Source of the DNA: a virus
Taxonomy: Duplodnaviria; Caudoviricetes
Virus record (IMG/VR): IMGVR_UViG_3300033072_001141
Location: 1-64,000 of that record
Reading direction: 5' to 3' (one strand)
DNA: 64,000 nucleotides
Positions within the stretch are counted from its first letter, which is position 1. The number at the start of each line of letters is the position of its first letter. The notes under the pieces are model-generated. The model saw only the letters and a program-made list of their open reading frames with translations. It did no database searches and was not told the origin of the DNA. Positions 34,915-44,468 of the stretch are shown here, piece by piece. A program made the translations under genes and the position numbers.

Positions 34915-35643
34915 CTACTTCACCTTGACGGTGCCCGAGAGGAAGTTCCTCCAGCGCGCCTTGATCCCCTGGAACTGCGCCGCGTTGATGGGCGTGCCCG
35001 ACGGGCCCATGCCGGTGGGCACGGTGAGCGCGTTGATGGCGTCGATCAGCTCGTCGAGCAGGCCCTTGAGCGTGTCGCCGAGCACTGCCGCCTCGTTCGC
35101 GTCGAGCCCGATGTAGACGGTCTTCCCGCTCGCGTTGAACGCGCGCACGTTGCCGTCGTTGTCCATCTCGACGTAGGCGCCGTTCGCGTGCTCGATCCGC
35201 ACCTTCTTGGCGTTGTCGCGCCCGTCGAGCGTGATCTTGTGCCCGTGAGGCGTCCACCATCCCCACGTGTCCGGGTCGCGGAGGTCCTCGGGGATCTGAT
35301 CTCGTCCCCAGACGCCCGCCTCCCAGACCGGCATGTCGAGCTTGCCGTTCTCGAAGGTGACCCAGACGATTGAGTCCACCGGCGGTGGCGCGCGGAACCC
35401 GTACCCGTTTCCAGCTCCACCTGGGAGCTTGGGGTACGCGATCCGCGAGACACCCTCCGCGTCGCCCACGGATGGAACGCGGACCCTGATCCGGCCCTGG
35501 TTGTTGTCGTCGGTGTTGCCGACGACGATGCCCCTGTAGACGCCGTAGTAGAGCCGGAACGACTCCAGCCCGTGCATCATGAGTTGGTCGAGGAACCGGA
35601 GGAACCCGGTGGCCGTGTAGGCGGGACCCGCACGCGTACCCAT
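34915..35643 (-). CDS. Baseplate spike protein (gp5 OB-fold / gpV)
   Basis: YGVYRGIVV.N.D...GRIRVRVP...PPVDSIVWVTFENG...PVW. Confidence 0.92.
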   Translation of the reverse strand: MGTRAGPAYTATGFLRFLDQLMMHGLESFRLYYGVYRGIVVGNTDDNNQGRIRVRVPSVGDAEGVSRIAYPKLPGGAGNGYGFRAPPPVDSIVWVTFENGKLDMPVWEAGVWGRDQIPEDLRDPDTWGWWTPHGHKITLDGRDNAKKVRIEHANGAYVEMDNDGNVRAFNASGKTVYIGLDANEAAVLGDTLKGLLDELIDAINALTVPTGMGPSGTPINAAQFQGIKARWRNFLSGTVKVK

Positions 35644-37052
35644 CACCCCTCCTCTACCGGATCGACCTCGACGGCCCCTCCGCCAACTGCGTCTCCGGAC
35701 GGCTCTGGCGGCGTGGATGTATTGACAACGGCTGGCGAAAAGGAGATCACGGACGACATCATTCTGGCACTGGTGGCGTTATTCAACAGCTCCAATGTCA
35801 TCGTCCATTCTTCGGCGGACACCCTGTGTGTTACTTTCTGAACACCATACACACCGTCGAACACTCCTGTCCCGATAATAGTCACCGTCACACCCGGAAA
35901 CAGATCCGGGATTCCGATGGTGGTGATCGTTACCTGGATACCGCCACCCCTTATCGCAGACTCGGACAAGTGGGAGCGCGCCGCGATCAGCGGCCTTCGC
36001 GGGTCTCGCTCCGATACGTATAGATGTGTTCCTACTGTGTCATCTGTTGGATCGTGAGCTACGCGTACAGACGTGTCTTCTACCGTTGTCCCGCCCGGGA
36101 CCGCGACAGACTCGCCGGTAGCAGTGGTCGTGTCGTCCTCTCGACGAACCACCACCGTGGTCGCAGTGAGATCGTCGGGACTAACGCCACCGATGCGCAC
36201 GCTGGTGGCATCGCCTGGTAGCCACGTGCCTTCCGCGGAAGTCTCGAACTCCAGGATTGGGAAGTATACGTCGAAATCAGGGTTCCCCCTCATAACGAAT
36301 CCGTATCTCGGAACAGCTCCAGTTAGTGAGTCTCGTGTCAGTATCTTTAGCGTCTGCCTCCCCTCTGTCAGCCTAGACGGCTCCATCCACGCATCGCAGT
36401 CTGCGGACCTAACAAGGTGCTGAATGAAAAACCAGTCGGACTGATTTTGCTGAGATACAGACGGTCTTCTCTCCAAAAGCGGATGGTCCGACCTAAGAAT
36501 CGACGGAGGTTCCAGGTCGATGTGTTCGTAGCCTGGGCGATCAAGGATTGATTCGATGATGTCGAGGTATGACCTGTTAGTGTACTCCGCGGATCTGGAT
36601 CCGCGGAGGGCGATGAACGCACCGCCTTCTCCGTTCAGCGTCACTGACAGCCCCTCGTCCGGAGTGATCCGGACATCGGGCCTTTGCGACATAGAGGAAA
36701 TCCACGGAACAAACCTTCCGATTCTCGGATAGCCGACCTGGCACTCGATCACGTTGCCGATCCTCAGCAGAGGAGAAGCAAGCACACCCATCCCGATGTC
36801 GAATGGAGTGGCCAATGAAACAGTCACCTTACTGTTCATCCCCAGCGACACCTCAATATCAACCGATTCAACGCACGGGAGTCCAGCGATCAGGGTGTCC
36901 CCGTCCAAGCCAAGCGCGGCATCAACGATCGCAAGCGTGTCAGCCGTATGCGCACCTGGGCTGCCTGGGCTCATCCACAGTGGATACACATCGCCATCTG
37001 TGGTCACGATGCGGATAGAGATCTGAAACCCAGACGGATCGATCACAGGCAC
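35643..37052 (-). CDS. Baseplate hub protein (gp27 / gpD-like), visibly lower GC
   Basis: QQNQSDWFFIQHL; GIPDLFPG...G.G.FDG.Y.V.KVTH; lies between LysM and spike genes. Confidence 0.85.
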   Translation of the reverse strand: MPVIDPSGFQISIRIVTTDGDVYPLWMSPGSPGAHTADTLAIVDAALGLDGDTLIAGLPCVESVDIEVSLGMNSKVTVSLATPFDIGMGVLASPLLRIGNVIECQVGYPRIGRFVPWISSMSQRPDVRITPDEGLSVTLNGEGGAFIALRGSRSAEYTNRSYLDIIESILDRPGYEHIDLEPPSILRSDHPLLERRPSVSQQNQSDWFFIQHLVRSADCDAWMEPSRLTEGRQTLKILTRDSLTGAVPRYGFVMRGNPDFDVYFPILEFETSAEGTWLPGDATSVRIGGVSPDDLTATTVVVRREDDTTTATGESVAVPGGTTVEDTSVRVAHDPTDDTVGTHLYVSERDPRRPLIAARSHLSESAIRGGGIQVTITTIGIPDLFPGVTVTIIGTGVFDGVYGVQKVTHRVSAEEWTMTLELLNNATSARMMSSVISFSPAVVNTSTPPEPSGDAVGGGAVEVDPVEEG

Positions 37053-37056
37053 GACA

Positions 37057-37386
37057 TCACCTTCCTTCCAAGCCGCGCGTGGGACGCCGCAGGATCTCGG
37101 AGAAGACGCGCCGACCAGACGGGATGCGGATGGTGTCGCCGCTGTTCAGGTCGTTGGGAAGCAGCTCGAACCCGTTCGCGATGGCGATGATCCACCACAG
37201 CTCGGGCGAGCCGTAGAACCTGGTCGCGATCTTGTCGATGCGGTCGTTCCGATCGACCTTGTACTTGATGTCGTCGGGCGCCACGTCGATCACCGGGTAC
37301 TCGGGGTACTCCCAGTGCTCGACGCCGTCGATGGTGATGAGCCTCGCGTTCTTGAGCCGGCTGGTCTCTCGTAGAGAGACGGTCAT
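37057..37386 (-). CDS. LysM-domain baseplate protein (gp53 / gpX-like)
   Basis: DRIDKIATRFYGSPELWWIIAIAN...GDTIRIP. Confidence 0.9.
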   Translation of the reverse strand: MTVSLRETSRLKNARLITIDGVEHWEYPEYPVIDVAPDDIKYKVDRNDRIDKIATRFYGSPELWWIIAIANGFELLPNDLNSGDTIRIPSGRRVFSEILRRPTRGLEGR

Positions 37387-40300
37387 CTAGTCATCTCCTC
37401 GCCGGACCCACCAGCGCGACTGCCCCTTGCTCTAGTAGGCCCGCCGCCCCTGGCCAGCGCCGACCCGAGCTGGCGAACGGCCTCTGGGCCGAACGCGGAG
37501 ACGACCATCTCCCTGGCGATGTCGCGCGCGCGCTCGCGCCCAGTCGCTTCTTCCGCCGCGGCTGCTGCTTCCATGCGCGCACGTGCTCTCGTGCGCGGAG
37601 CGCCGATGTCCGCGCCTCCACCAGCTCCGCCGGCCGCATCCTCGACGGTGCGCGCCGCGACCGGCGGTCTCGTGTCGTCGTCCTCCGTTACCGGGGTGAC
37701 CACGGTGGTCCCGGTCTCCGTGGTCGTGGTCGCCACGTCCGGCAGCGCCCCTTCGAGGTCCTGCACGTCGGTGCCGATAGCGCCCAACCGTTCTGCCGCA
37801 CGCTCCAATGTTGAGTCGAGACGTTCTCCGAAGGAGTCGATCCCGGCAAGCTCGCGGGTCATGGCCGCAGCCGCTTCGGACCTCTCGCGGGCCGCGCGGG
37901 CCCGGTTCTCCGCCACCACCGCCGCCAGGGCCGCTTCCGCCGCCACCACTTCGGCGTCCTGCGCCGCCACGGCCGCCGCGCGCTCTCTGCGCTCGTTCTC
38001 GATCTCAGCCCTAGCCGCAGTGATGCGACTCTCCTCCCTGGTCACCTCGGCGTTGAGTGAGGAGACTGCCGCGTCGAGGGAGTCACCCACCAGACCCATC
38101 GCGGATCGAAGCGGCTCAGGGATGGCGTTGAACGCTGTCTGGATCCCGCTGACGAGCGACTGGATGATCTGCAAGAACGAGATCCGGAGACCGGCCACGG
38201 TCATCTGGATGTTCTCGAAGATGGTCATGAACGAGTCGCCGGCCTGGAGGATCGGCTGCGTGAAGAACCGCCTCACCCTGGTGCCGATGAGCTGCCAACC
38301 CGCAGCAAGAGTGTCACGCGCTCCCTCGAAGGTCGTCCGGAAGTTCCGGATGGCGGAGTTGATAGCAAAGAACGACCTGACGGCGAACCGAGCGACGGAC
38401 TGGAAAACAGGAATCCACCCTCTGAACCTGTTGATCGCGTCTGCCTGAGAACGGACGAACGCGTACAGGGCGGGCCGGATGAAGCGCTGCCACATCATCC
38501 GGAACGAATCGCCGGTGCTGATGATCTGCTCCTGAGCGCCTTCCTGGCCATCCACGAAGTCCACGGTCCACCACTCGCCGACCAGATCAAGGATCGGCTG
38601 AATGGTCTCGGACCACAGATCCGCGAACGCGGACCCCACCTCAGAGGTCACGTCCCACGCGATCTCCGCCATCGGCGCGATCACGTCGTCCCACGCGTCG
38701 CCCATCACTTCGAATGTCGCCACGACGAAGTCGTAAAAGTCGTAGAAGATGGCCATCACACCGCCCTGGTGGAACAGCATGGAAATCTGGTCGGAGCCGA
38801 AAACCTGCTCGAACGGCCACAGCATGATGCCAAGGATCCCGTTCACCTGGTCCATCATGCGGCTCGGCAACGACGCAATACCCTCGATAACTGAGTCCAC
38901 CACTTCCTCGCCGAAAAGCCCGCCGAGGATGCCTCTCGCGATCGTCGGAATCTGCCCGATCGTCTCTGAAAAGATGTCACCGAGCAGACCGAGAATGGTT
39001 GGTACGATCTCGTCTGCCGGCATGTCGAATGCGTCTGCGAAGAAGTTCGCGATGTCCCCGTTGAACTCGCCCGTGAATAGGTTCGCGACGAACTCGAACG
39101 CCTGGCGGAACCCGTCGCCGATGGTTTGACCGACGCTGACCCAGTCCACCGACCGGATCCAGGCGCCAATGTTGAATGCGCCTGCGGCAAGCCATTCGAG
39201 CCCACCCATGAACGACTGCGCAGCCTCGTGCGCGATCCCGGCCCAGTCGATGCTCTCGAAGAGGTTGGAGATGTCCTCCCAGTAGTAGGTGATCAGCCCA
39301 GCACCAGCCGCGACACCTGCAACAAGCAGCCCCCATGGGCCGAGGAATCCGACAATGGAGGAGGCGCCGGAACGCAGCCACCTGAACGCCGAACCGATTC
39401 CAAGCTGGTTCATCGCAAGCAGCATCGGAACGAGCGTGGGTGCGATCTCGGCAAACGCGCTACCCAGTTCTCCTACGAACGGAAGCGCGTCCCGAAGGTG
39501 GCTGGACAAGGATGGAAGGTATCGGTCGGTCACCTCGGTGACCGATTCGACGAATCCTTGCATACCGTAGCGACGGACGTTCAAAAACGCCCTCGTGAGC
39601 AAACCAAGACCTCCATCGCGTGAAGCAAGGTTCCTAACCGTGCCTGCGACACGATCGTAAGCTTCCCGCTGCCGCTGCATCATGACGCGGTCCATGTTCA
39701 TGCCGCGCTGGTGCCTCGTGATCGAGTTGAGGCTTGTCTCGAACCCGTCGCGCAGCCGGTCCATCGACTCGGAGAACGTGCGCGCGGTGCCAGCTCCAGA
39801 CCTGGCCATGCGGTTGAACGCGCCCTCGAACTCGCCGACCGGCTGCGTCGCCGCTTCCAGCGCCGCAGAAGCCTCTTCTCCTCCTGTCACGAGAAACTGA
39901 AATTGCTCCGGCATCTGAGCGAGTGCCGTTTGAAGCCGATTGTAGGCGGGACTAGACCTGTCCATCGTAGACACGAGACCACGCAAGCTCTCTGCGAACC
40001 TGATGGGGTCCGACATGAGCATGTTCATGGCCCCATCCACGTCCCCCGATGCGATGGCCAGTTCTTCGAGGAGCGGAGACAGTTCGGATCCGGTTCCCGT
40101 CACCAGTTCCGTCATGGCGCCACGAACGTCCGCCAATCCAGTGAATACGCCAATGGCGGCCTGAGATGCGTCCTCAAAAGATCCGCCAAGGTACCTTTGC
40201 ATCGCCAAGGAGAGACGGGTCACCGATTCAGTCGTCTGCTCGATGGAGAGACCAGAAAACCTTGCTAGCACCGGGTCCGCCGCCGAGATGATCTCAGGAA

Positions 40301-40949
40301 GCCTCCTGACCGCGTCTGCCCCGAACCCAAACGCCTCGCCGATGGCCGTCACACGATCCACCAGCGCCGACGCGCCGTCTGCCCCCAGTTCGTAGCCCTC
40401 GGAGAGCCTGGTGAGCAGGGATGCGAGCTGCTCGCCGGAGAGGATGTTCGCCTGGATGCTGCCCGCCACGGTGCGCAGCGAGATCCCGAAGTCGTCGAGG
40501 CTGTTGCCGCTTCTGGCGATCCCGGTGACCGCGGAGATCATCTCGTTCGCGTCGATGTCGAGCGAGTAGGCGAGGCCGGAGATCTCGCCACGCATCCCTT
40601 CCACCTGGTCACGCAGCGGACCAAGTCCGACCGTCGCTCGTCTCCACGTGTTCGAGAACTCGACGCCGAACGACTCCAGACCCGTGTCGCTCGGGTCGAT
40701 GCCAGCGCGATCGGCCAGGCCCTCCAGCGAGTCGCCGATCCGATCGAGCTGGGCAAGGCTGATCGCTCCGATCGCGTTGCCGAGCCGCTGGAGCGAGCTG
40801 GATGCACGGCCCGCCTCCTCCACGGAGGTGGCAACACGGTCCATGCCCTCGGCGACGTTGCCGGCGGCGCGAGACGCTCCCGCGTCCCTGGCTCCGAAGA
40901 CGAAGCCGAGACCCAGGAGGCGCCCCATGCCAGAGCCAACTCCAGCCAT
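37383..40949 (-). CDS. Tape measure protein
   Basis: 1188 aa, Ala-rich helical, hydrophobic middle, follows the chaperone. Confidence 0.9.
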   Translation of the reverse strand: MAGVGSGMGRLLGLGFVFGARDAGASRAAGNVAEGMDRVATSVEEAGRASSSLQRLGNAIGAISLAQLDRIGDSLEGLADRAGIDPSDTGLESFGVEFSNTWRRATVGLGPLRDQVEGMRGEISGLAYSLDIDANEMISAVTGIARSGNSLDDFGISLRTVAGSIQANILSGEQLASLLTRLSEGYELGADGASALVDRVTAIGEAFGFGADAVRRLPEIISAADPVLARFSGLSIEQTTESVTRLSLAMQRYLGGSFEDASQAAIGVFTGLADVRGAMTELVTGTGSELSPLLEELAIASGDVDGAMNMLMSDPIRFAESLRGLVSTMDRSSPAYNRLQTALAQMPEQFQFLVTGGEEASAALEAATQPVGEFEGAFNRMARSGAGTARTFSESMDRLRDGFETSLNSITRHQRGMNMDRVMMQRQREAYDRVAGTVRNLASRDGGLGLLTRAFLNVRRYGMQGFVESVTEVTDRYLPSLSSHLRDALPFVGELGSAFAEIAPTLVPMLLAMNQLGIGSAFRWLRSGASSIVGFLGPWGLLVAGVAAGAGLITYYWEDISNLFESIDWAGIAHEAAQSFMGGLEWLAAGAFNIGAWIRSVDWVSVGQTIGDGFRQAFEFVANLFTGEFNGDIANFFADAFDMPADEIVPTILGLLGDIFSETIGQIPTIARGILGGLFGEEVVDSVIEGIASLPSRMMDQVNGILGIMLWPFEQVFGSDQISMLFHQGGVMAIFYDFYDFVVATFEVMGDAWDDVIAPMAEIAWDVTSEVGSAFADLWSETIQPILDLVGEWWTVDFVDGQEGAQEQIISTGDSFRMMWQRFIRPALYAFVRSQADAINRFRGWIPVFQSVARFAVRSFFAINSAIRNFRTTFEGARDTLAAGWQLIGTRVRRFFTQPILQAGDSFMTIFENIQMTVAGLRISFLQIIQSLVSGIQTAFNAIPEPLRSAMGLVGDSLDAAVSSLNAEVTREESRITAARAEIENERRERAAAVAAQDAEVVAAEAALAAVVAENRARAARERSEAAAAMTRELAGIDSFGERLDSTLERAAERLGAIGTDVQDLEGALPDVATTTTETGTTVVTPVTEDDDTRPPVAARTVEDAAGGAGGGADIGAPRTRARARMEAAAAAEEATGRERARDIAREMVVSAFGPEAVRQLGSALARGGGPTRARGSRAGGSGEEMTR

Positions 40950-41425
40950 TACGAGACCCTCCCAAAGACCGCTTCGGCGTCAGGCCATCCACGAATCAAA
41001 CGCCCCCACACGCGCTTCGGATCCACGCCCGCTTCTTCGGCCCATTCGACTAGCAGCGCCGTCCTTCCTCCAATGGTCAGCGACCGACTGTTTCGCCGGT
41101 TCCGGTTTTGCTCGACGGACGTGGCCCACCGCACGTTGCCCGGCTCATACCCACGGTTCACGTCGATGCGATCGAGCGAATGCTTGGAGCTGGGGCGCCT
41201 ACCGATGTGCGCAAGGAACGCCGCAAACCCGTCCGTGCCACGCCATTCGTCTGCGACCCGAACACCGCGTCCGCCGTAGAGCGCCCGCTTGGGGTGGTTC
41301 TCGTTGTGGCATCGGGCCTGCATCTCCGACCCGTACATGAGGTTGCCGGACTGGATCCGCGGCGACGTGGACAGGACGGACCACTGCCCGACCGAAGACG
41401 GAACCGCCTTGCGATGTGCAGGCAT
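40949..41425 (-). mobile_element. HNH-type endonuclease (RCDCG family) with apparent N-terminal deletion
   Basis: YGGRGVRV, SLDRIDVNRGYEPGNVRWAT; lacks the RCDCG...EY..W segment of its paralogues. Confidence 0.8.
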
Positions 41426-41464
41426 CTACCGTACCTCCATTCCGCCGCCGACACCACCAGCCAC
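41426..41464 (-). pseudogene. 12-codon relic of the tape-measure 5' end (MAGGVGGGMEVR*)
   Basis: Resembles the TMP start MAGVGSGM; preceded by AAGAGG. Confidence 0.6.
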
Positions 41465-41467
41465 CGA

Positions 41468-41656
41468 TCACCTCTTGCCCTTGCCCTTCGGCTTGTTCGC
41501 CGCGACGTACCTGTCGAGGTGTTCCTTCTCCTGACAGAACCGCTTCCGCCTGCCCGCCGGCATCGACATGATCGCGTCGTACGGCTGGCGGAGCCGCTCC
41601 ATTAGGTAAAAGACCTCCTGTTCGAGTGCTTCCGCTGAGCCGATGGGAAGAAAAAA
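41468..41656 (-). CDS. Frameshift extension of the tail assembly chaperone (GT-like)
   Basis: -1 frame after the slippery site reads LPIGSAEALEQEVFYLMERLRQPYDAIMSMP. Confidence 0.7.
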   Translation of the reverse strand, partial: FFLPIGSAEALEQEVFYLMERLRQPYDAIMSMPAGRRKRFCQEKEHLDRYVAANKPKGKGKR

Positions 41657-42576
41657 CTGCGCTGCCCCAGGTCGAGACGACCGATGAACGACTTCTTGCA
41701 CTTGGGGCAGTCGAAGTCGATGTCGGTCTCCACGCCCGGCTCATGCCTCATGAACTCGTCGCGGAGGTACTGCCGATCGTTCACCGGGAGGTTCTTGATG
41801 ACCTGCCGGATCTCAGCGAGGCGCCGCGCCATGTTCTTGAGCATCTTCCCCTTGTCGGGGTCGATCACCTCGCTGGGCCGCACGTCCACCTTCATGCCGT
41901 TCAGCATCGTCAGGCGGATGAGGATGCCCCAGGTGAACATCTCGTGCTGAGCCATGTCGTTCTGGATCACGGCCGAGAGGATCTGGTCCTGGTCGAACGA
42001 GGTGACGCGCCACGAGTAGTCGAAGCCCGAGTCCGGGAGCTTCCCCTCGAAGCTCCTCTGGGTCGGGTCCTCCATCTCGTACAGCTCCAGGTCCGAGAGG
42101 TCGATCTTGAAGTCCGAGTCGGCCCCGCACTTCGGGCACTCGACCCGCATGTCGTAGATGTCCTTCGTCGTCCTCCAGTGGCTCACGCGCCGGAGGCAGA
42201 TGAGGAGATGCTGTCGCGACCCGGCCGGAAGACTCCGGATGGCCTTGATGATCTGCTGCTTCTCCGTGAACGTCCCGAAGCGCTCGCAGCACTGCGTGAG
42301 GACGCCGGTCATGCGGGTGAAGAAGGGGACCGCGTCGTTGGAGAGAAGGTCCTCCTCGTGACCCGTCATCGCTCGGAGCTGGACCTCGGTGTGGACGATC
42401 CCTTCGTCGTCGAGGTAGCCGCCGACGATGTGGAAGACCCCCTTCTCGGCTGCCCCGTCCGTGATCGGCTGATAGCCGTCGTCGGTGTCGAGGATGCCGC
42501 CCTCGGCCTGCGAGAGGTACTTCGACTTCTGACCGCGCTCACCGCCGCCATCGGCGACTTCGTCCTTGCCTGCCAT
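41602..42576 (-). CDS. Tail assembly chaperone (T4 gp26-like)
   Basis: LRAMTGHEEDLL, ECPKCG, DCPKC...SFFFP. Confidence 0.8.
   Translation of the reverse strand: MAGKDEVADGGGERGQKSKYLSQAEGGILDTDDGYQPITDGAAEKGVFHIVGGYLDDEGIVHTEVQLRAMTGHEEDLLSNDAVPFFTRMTGVLTQCCERFGTFTEKQQIIKAIRSLPAGSRQHLLICLRRVSHWRTTKDIYDMRVECPKCGADSDFKIDLSDLELYEMEDPTQRSFEGKLPDSGFDYSWRVTSFDQDQILSAVIQNDMAQHEMFTWGILIRLTMLNGMKVDVRPSEVIDPDKGKMLKNMARRLAEIRQVIKNLPVNDRQYLRDEFMRHEPGVETDIDFDCPKCKKSFIGRLDLGQRSFFFPSAQRKHSNRRSFT
41650..41656 (-). other. -1 ribosomal frameshift heptamer T TTT TTC
   Basis: In-frame X XXY YYZ near the chaperone 3' end. Confidence 0.75.
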
Positions 42577-42616
42577 CTTCTTCTCCTTCTGCTGCGCAGC
42601 CACGGGCTGCGCCACT

Positions 42617-43285
42617 TCACGCGCCCATCGAGCGCGAGAGCCTGTCCATCCACTTCTTCCGCTTCTTGCCGTCCATGGGCATCCGCCGAACCATCGGCGT
42701 GCCGATCGGCCTCGGGAAGGCCGCAACGTTCGCGGTCGTGGTGTCCTCGTCGATCTTCCTCACGTAGACGACCTCGCCGTCGCCGACGGTGTCGTTCTTC
42801 TTGATGGTCGCCCGCCCCTTGTCCTCGTGCTCGTCGCACACCGGAACGTACGCGCGCCCCTCGGCCCAGATGAGGCTCTTGCTCGCCTGGTGGGCGCAGA
42901 ACGCGCACTTCTGGGGCTTCGACGCCGTGCCGGTGAACTGCTCCGCCTCGCCGAGGTCCTTGCGCGGCTTGGCCTTCGGCCTGGGCCCCTTGAGGGCCGT
43001 CGTCCGATGCTTCTCGGACGCGTCGAAGTGCATCGGCCCCAGCGGCTTGTCGCCGGCTGTCTTGGCCCTCTTGGCCTTGTCCTTCTCGACGTAGCCCTGG
43101 ATCTGACCTTCGCCGTCCTGCCCGTCCTCGCCGGCCAACTGGAGGAAGAAGACCGAGAGCGGAACGAACTTCGATCCCGGGACAGCTCGACTGGCCGCCC
43201 CCGCGCTGGCCATGCCGTACGGCGCAGCGGCGCCAGCCGTGCCGATGGGGGACGAGATCGCGCGCGTGGAATGACCGAGGGGCAC
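42617..43285 (-). CDS. Basic hypothetical protein, possibly head-internal
   Basis: CAFC..VCDEH; KIDE-DTTTANV; leaderless TAGTCT box. Confidence 0.65.
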   Translation of the reverse strand: MPLGHSTRAISSPIGTAGAAAPYGMASAGAASRAVPGSKFVPLSVFFLQLAGEDGQDGEGQIQGYVEKDKAKRAKTAGDKPLGPMHFDASEKHRTTALKGPRPKAKPRKDLGEAEQFTGTASKPQKCAFCAHQASKSLIWAEGRAYVPVCDEHEDKGRATIKKNDTVGDGEVVYVRKIDEDTTTANVAAFPRPIGTPMVRRMPMDGKKRKKWMDRLSRSMGA

Positions 43286-43294
43286 GTCCCGAGA

Positions 43295-43762
43295 CTACTC
43301 GATCCCGGCCGCGGTTGCCCTACGCGACTGGTATGCGCGCTCGCACGCCCGGCAGACACGCCATCCGTTTCTCCGGATCCTGGTGTTCTCCTCGGTGTAC
43401 GGATGCCCGTTGGCGCAGTGGGTTCGCGCCGCCGGTTCGGAGAACGGCTTCCTCGCGGCCATGTGCAGGCGGTGCGTCCGGATCCGGTGGCAGTTCGCGC
43501 ACACCACGTCGCACTTCGCGACCTCCTTCAAGATCTCCGTCTCGTTGAACTTTCCAGACGAGACGGCTCCACCGAGCGCGATGCGCTTCGTCGATGGATC
43601 CCGATGGTCGAAATCCATGACGTACGGCGGGTATTTGATTCCACAGTCAGCGCAAGGCTTGTCCTTGAGCGCGTACAGAAACTCGCGACGCCGCGCCCTC
43701 AGCCTCCGCAAGCTCTCGGCGACCGCGGCCTTCCGCGCTGGGCTGGCGTCGTACGCGCTCAC
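43295..43762 (-). mobile_element. Free-standing HNH endonuclease
   Basis: KPCADCG...DFDHRDP...KCDVVCANCHR; THCANGHPY...CRAC. Confidence 0.9.
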
Positions 43763-44139
43763 GCGAACTCGGTCACCGAGTCCTCGACGTGCAGCTCGGC
43801 ATACTGCACGACCGGATGTCGTACCGGAGGGCTCGTCCCGTGCGCCGGGAACTCGACCCAGATGTCGTACCTGTACGTTCCGGCCTGTAGCTGCGCCGTG
43901 TCCGTCGTATCGAGGGTGACGACCGCCACCCCCTTGAACGGATCCGTCACCACGATCCCGCTTCCAGTGGTCTTCGAGATCAGCACCGGCGACCCAGCCG
44001 TCTTGCGGACGCTCATGTAGAGCGTCGCGCCCTCAAGCCTGGCCTCTCGCCCCTCCTTGGTCTTCACTCGGACGGAAAACGTCTTCGTCTGGCCCTGGAC
44101 CAGACGAAGCGCGTTGAGTCTGTTCGGGGGGTGGGGCAC
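43759..44139 (-). CDS. BppU N-terminal-like (Ig-like) structural protein
   Basis: GQTKTFSV...GVAVVTL...T..L.AGTYRYDIWV; TAGGAT 7 nt before GTG. Confidence 0.7.
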   Translation of the reverse strand: MPHPPNRLNALRLVQGQTKTFSVRVKTKEGREARLEGATLYMSVRKTAGSPVLISKTTGSGIVVTDPFKGVAVVTLDTTDTAQLQAGTYRYDIWVEFPAHGTSPPVRHPVVQYAELHVEDSVTEFA

Positions 44140-44165
44140 AGATCACATCCTACCCGGAGGCGCGA

Positions 44166-44468
44166 TCAGCATCCAGGATCCTCGTCCTCGACAACGGCAA
44201 CCAGATCGCTGTCAGCCGCCACGAGCGCGTCCAGCTCGGCATCCTCGTACACGGCGGCCTGCAACGAGAACACGGCGTGCTCCTCGACGACCGCTTCGAG
44301 GTCCAGATCGTCGATGATGCCGATGACCCAGCCATCCTCGACGTACCCGCCGCTCGGGAACGCCGGGACGATGTCAGGCAGGACGATGTAGCCGCGGGTG
44401 GCGATCCCGTACTCACCGTCGAGCCGGCCCCTCGTTGCGATATGAAGGGGCTGGATCAGCACGATCAC
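44166..44468 (-). CDS. Small structural protein
   Basis: GTGA coupling. Confidence 0.55.
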   Translation of the reverse strand: MIVLIQPLHIATRGRLDGEYGIATRGYIVLPDIVPAFPSGGYVEDGWVIGIIDDLDLEAVVEEHAVFSLQAAVYEDAELDALVAADSDLVAVVEDEDPGC

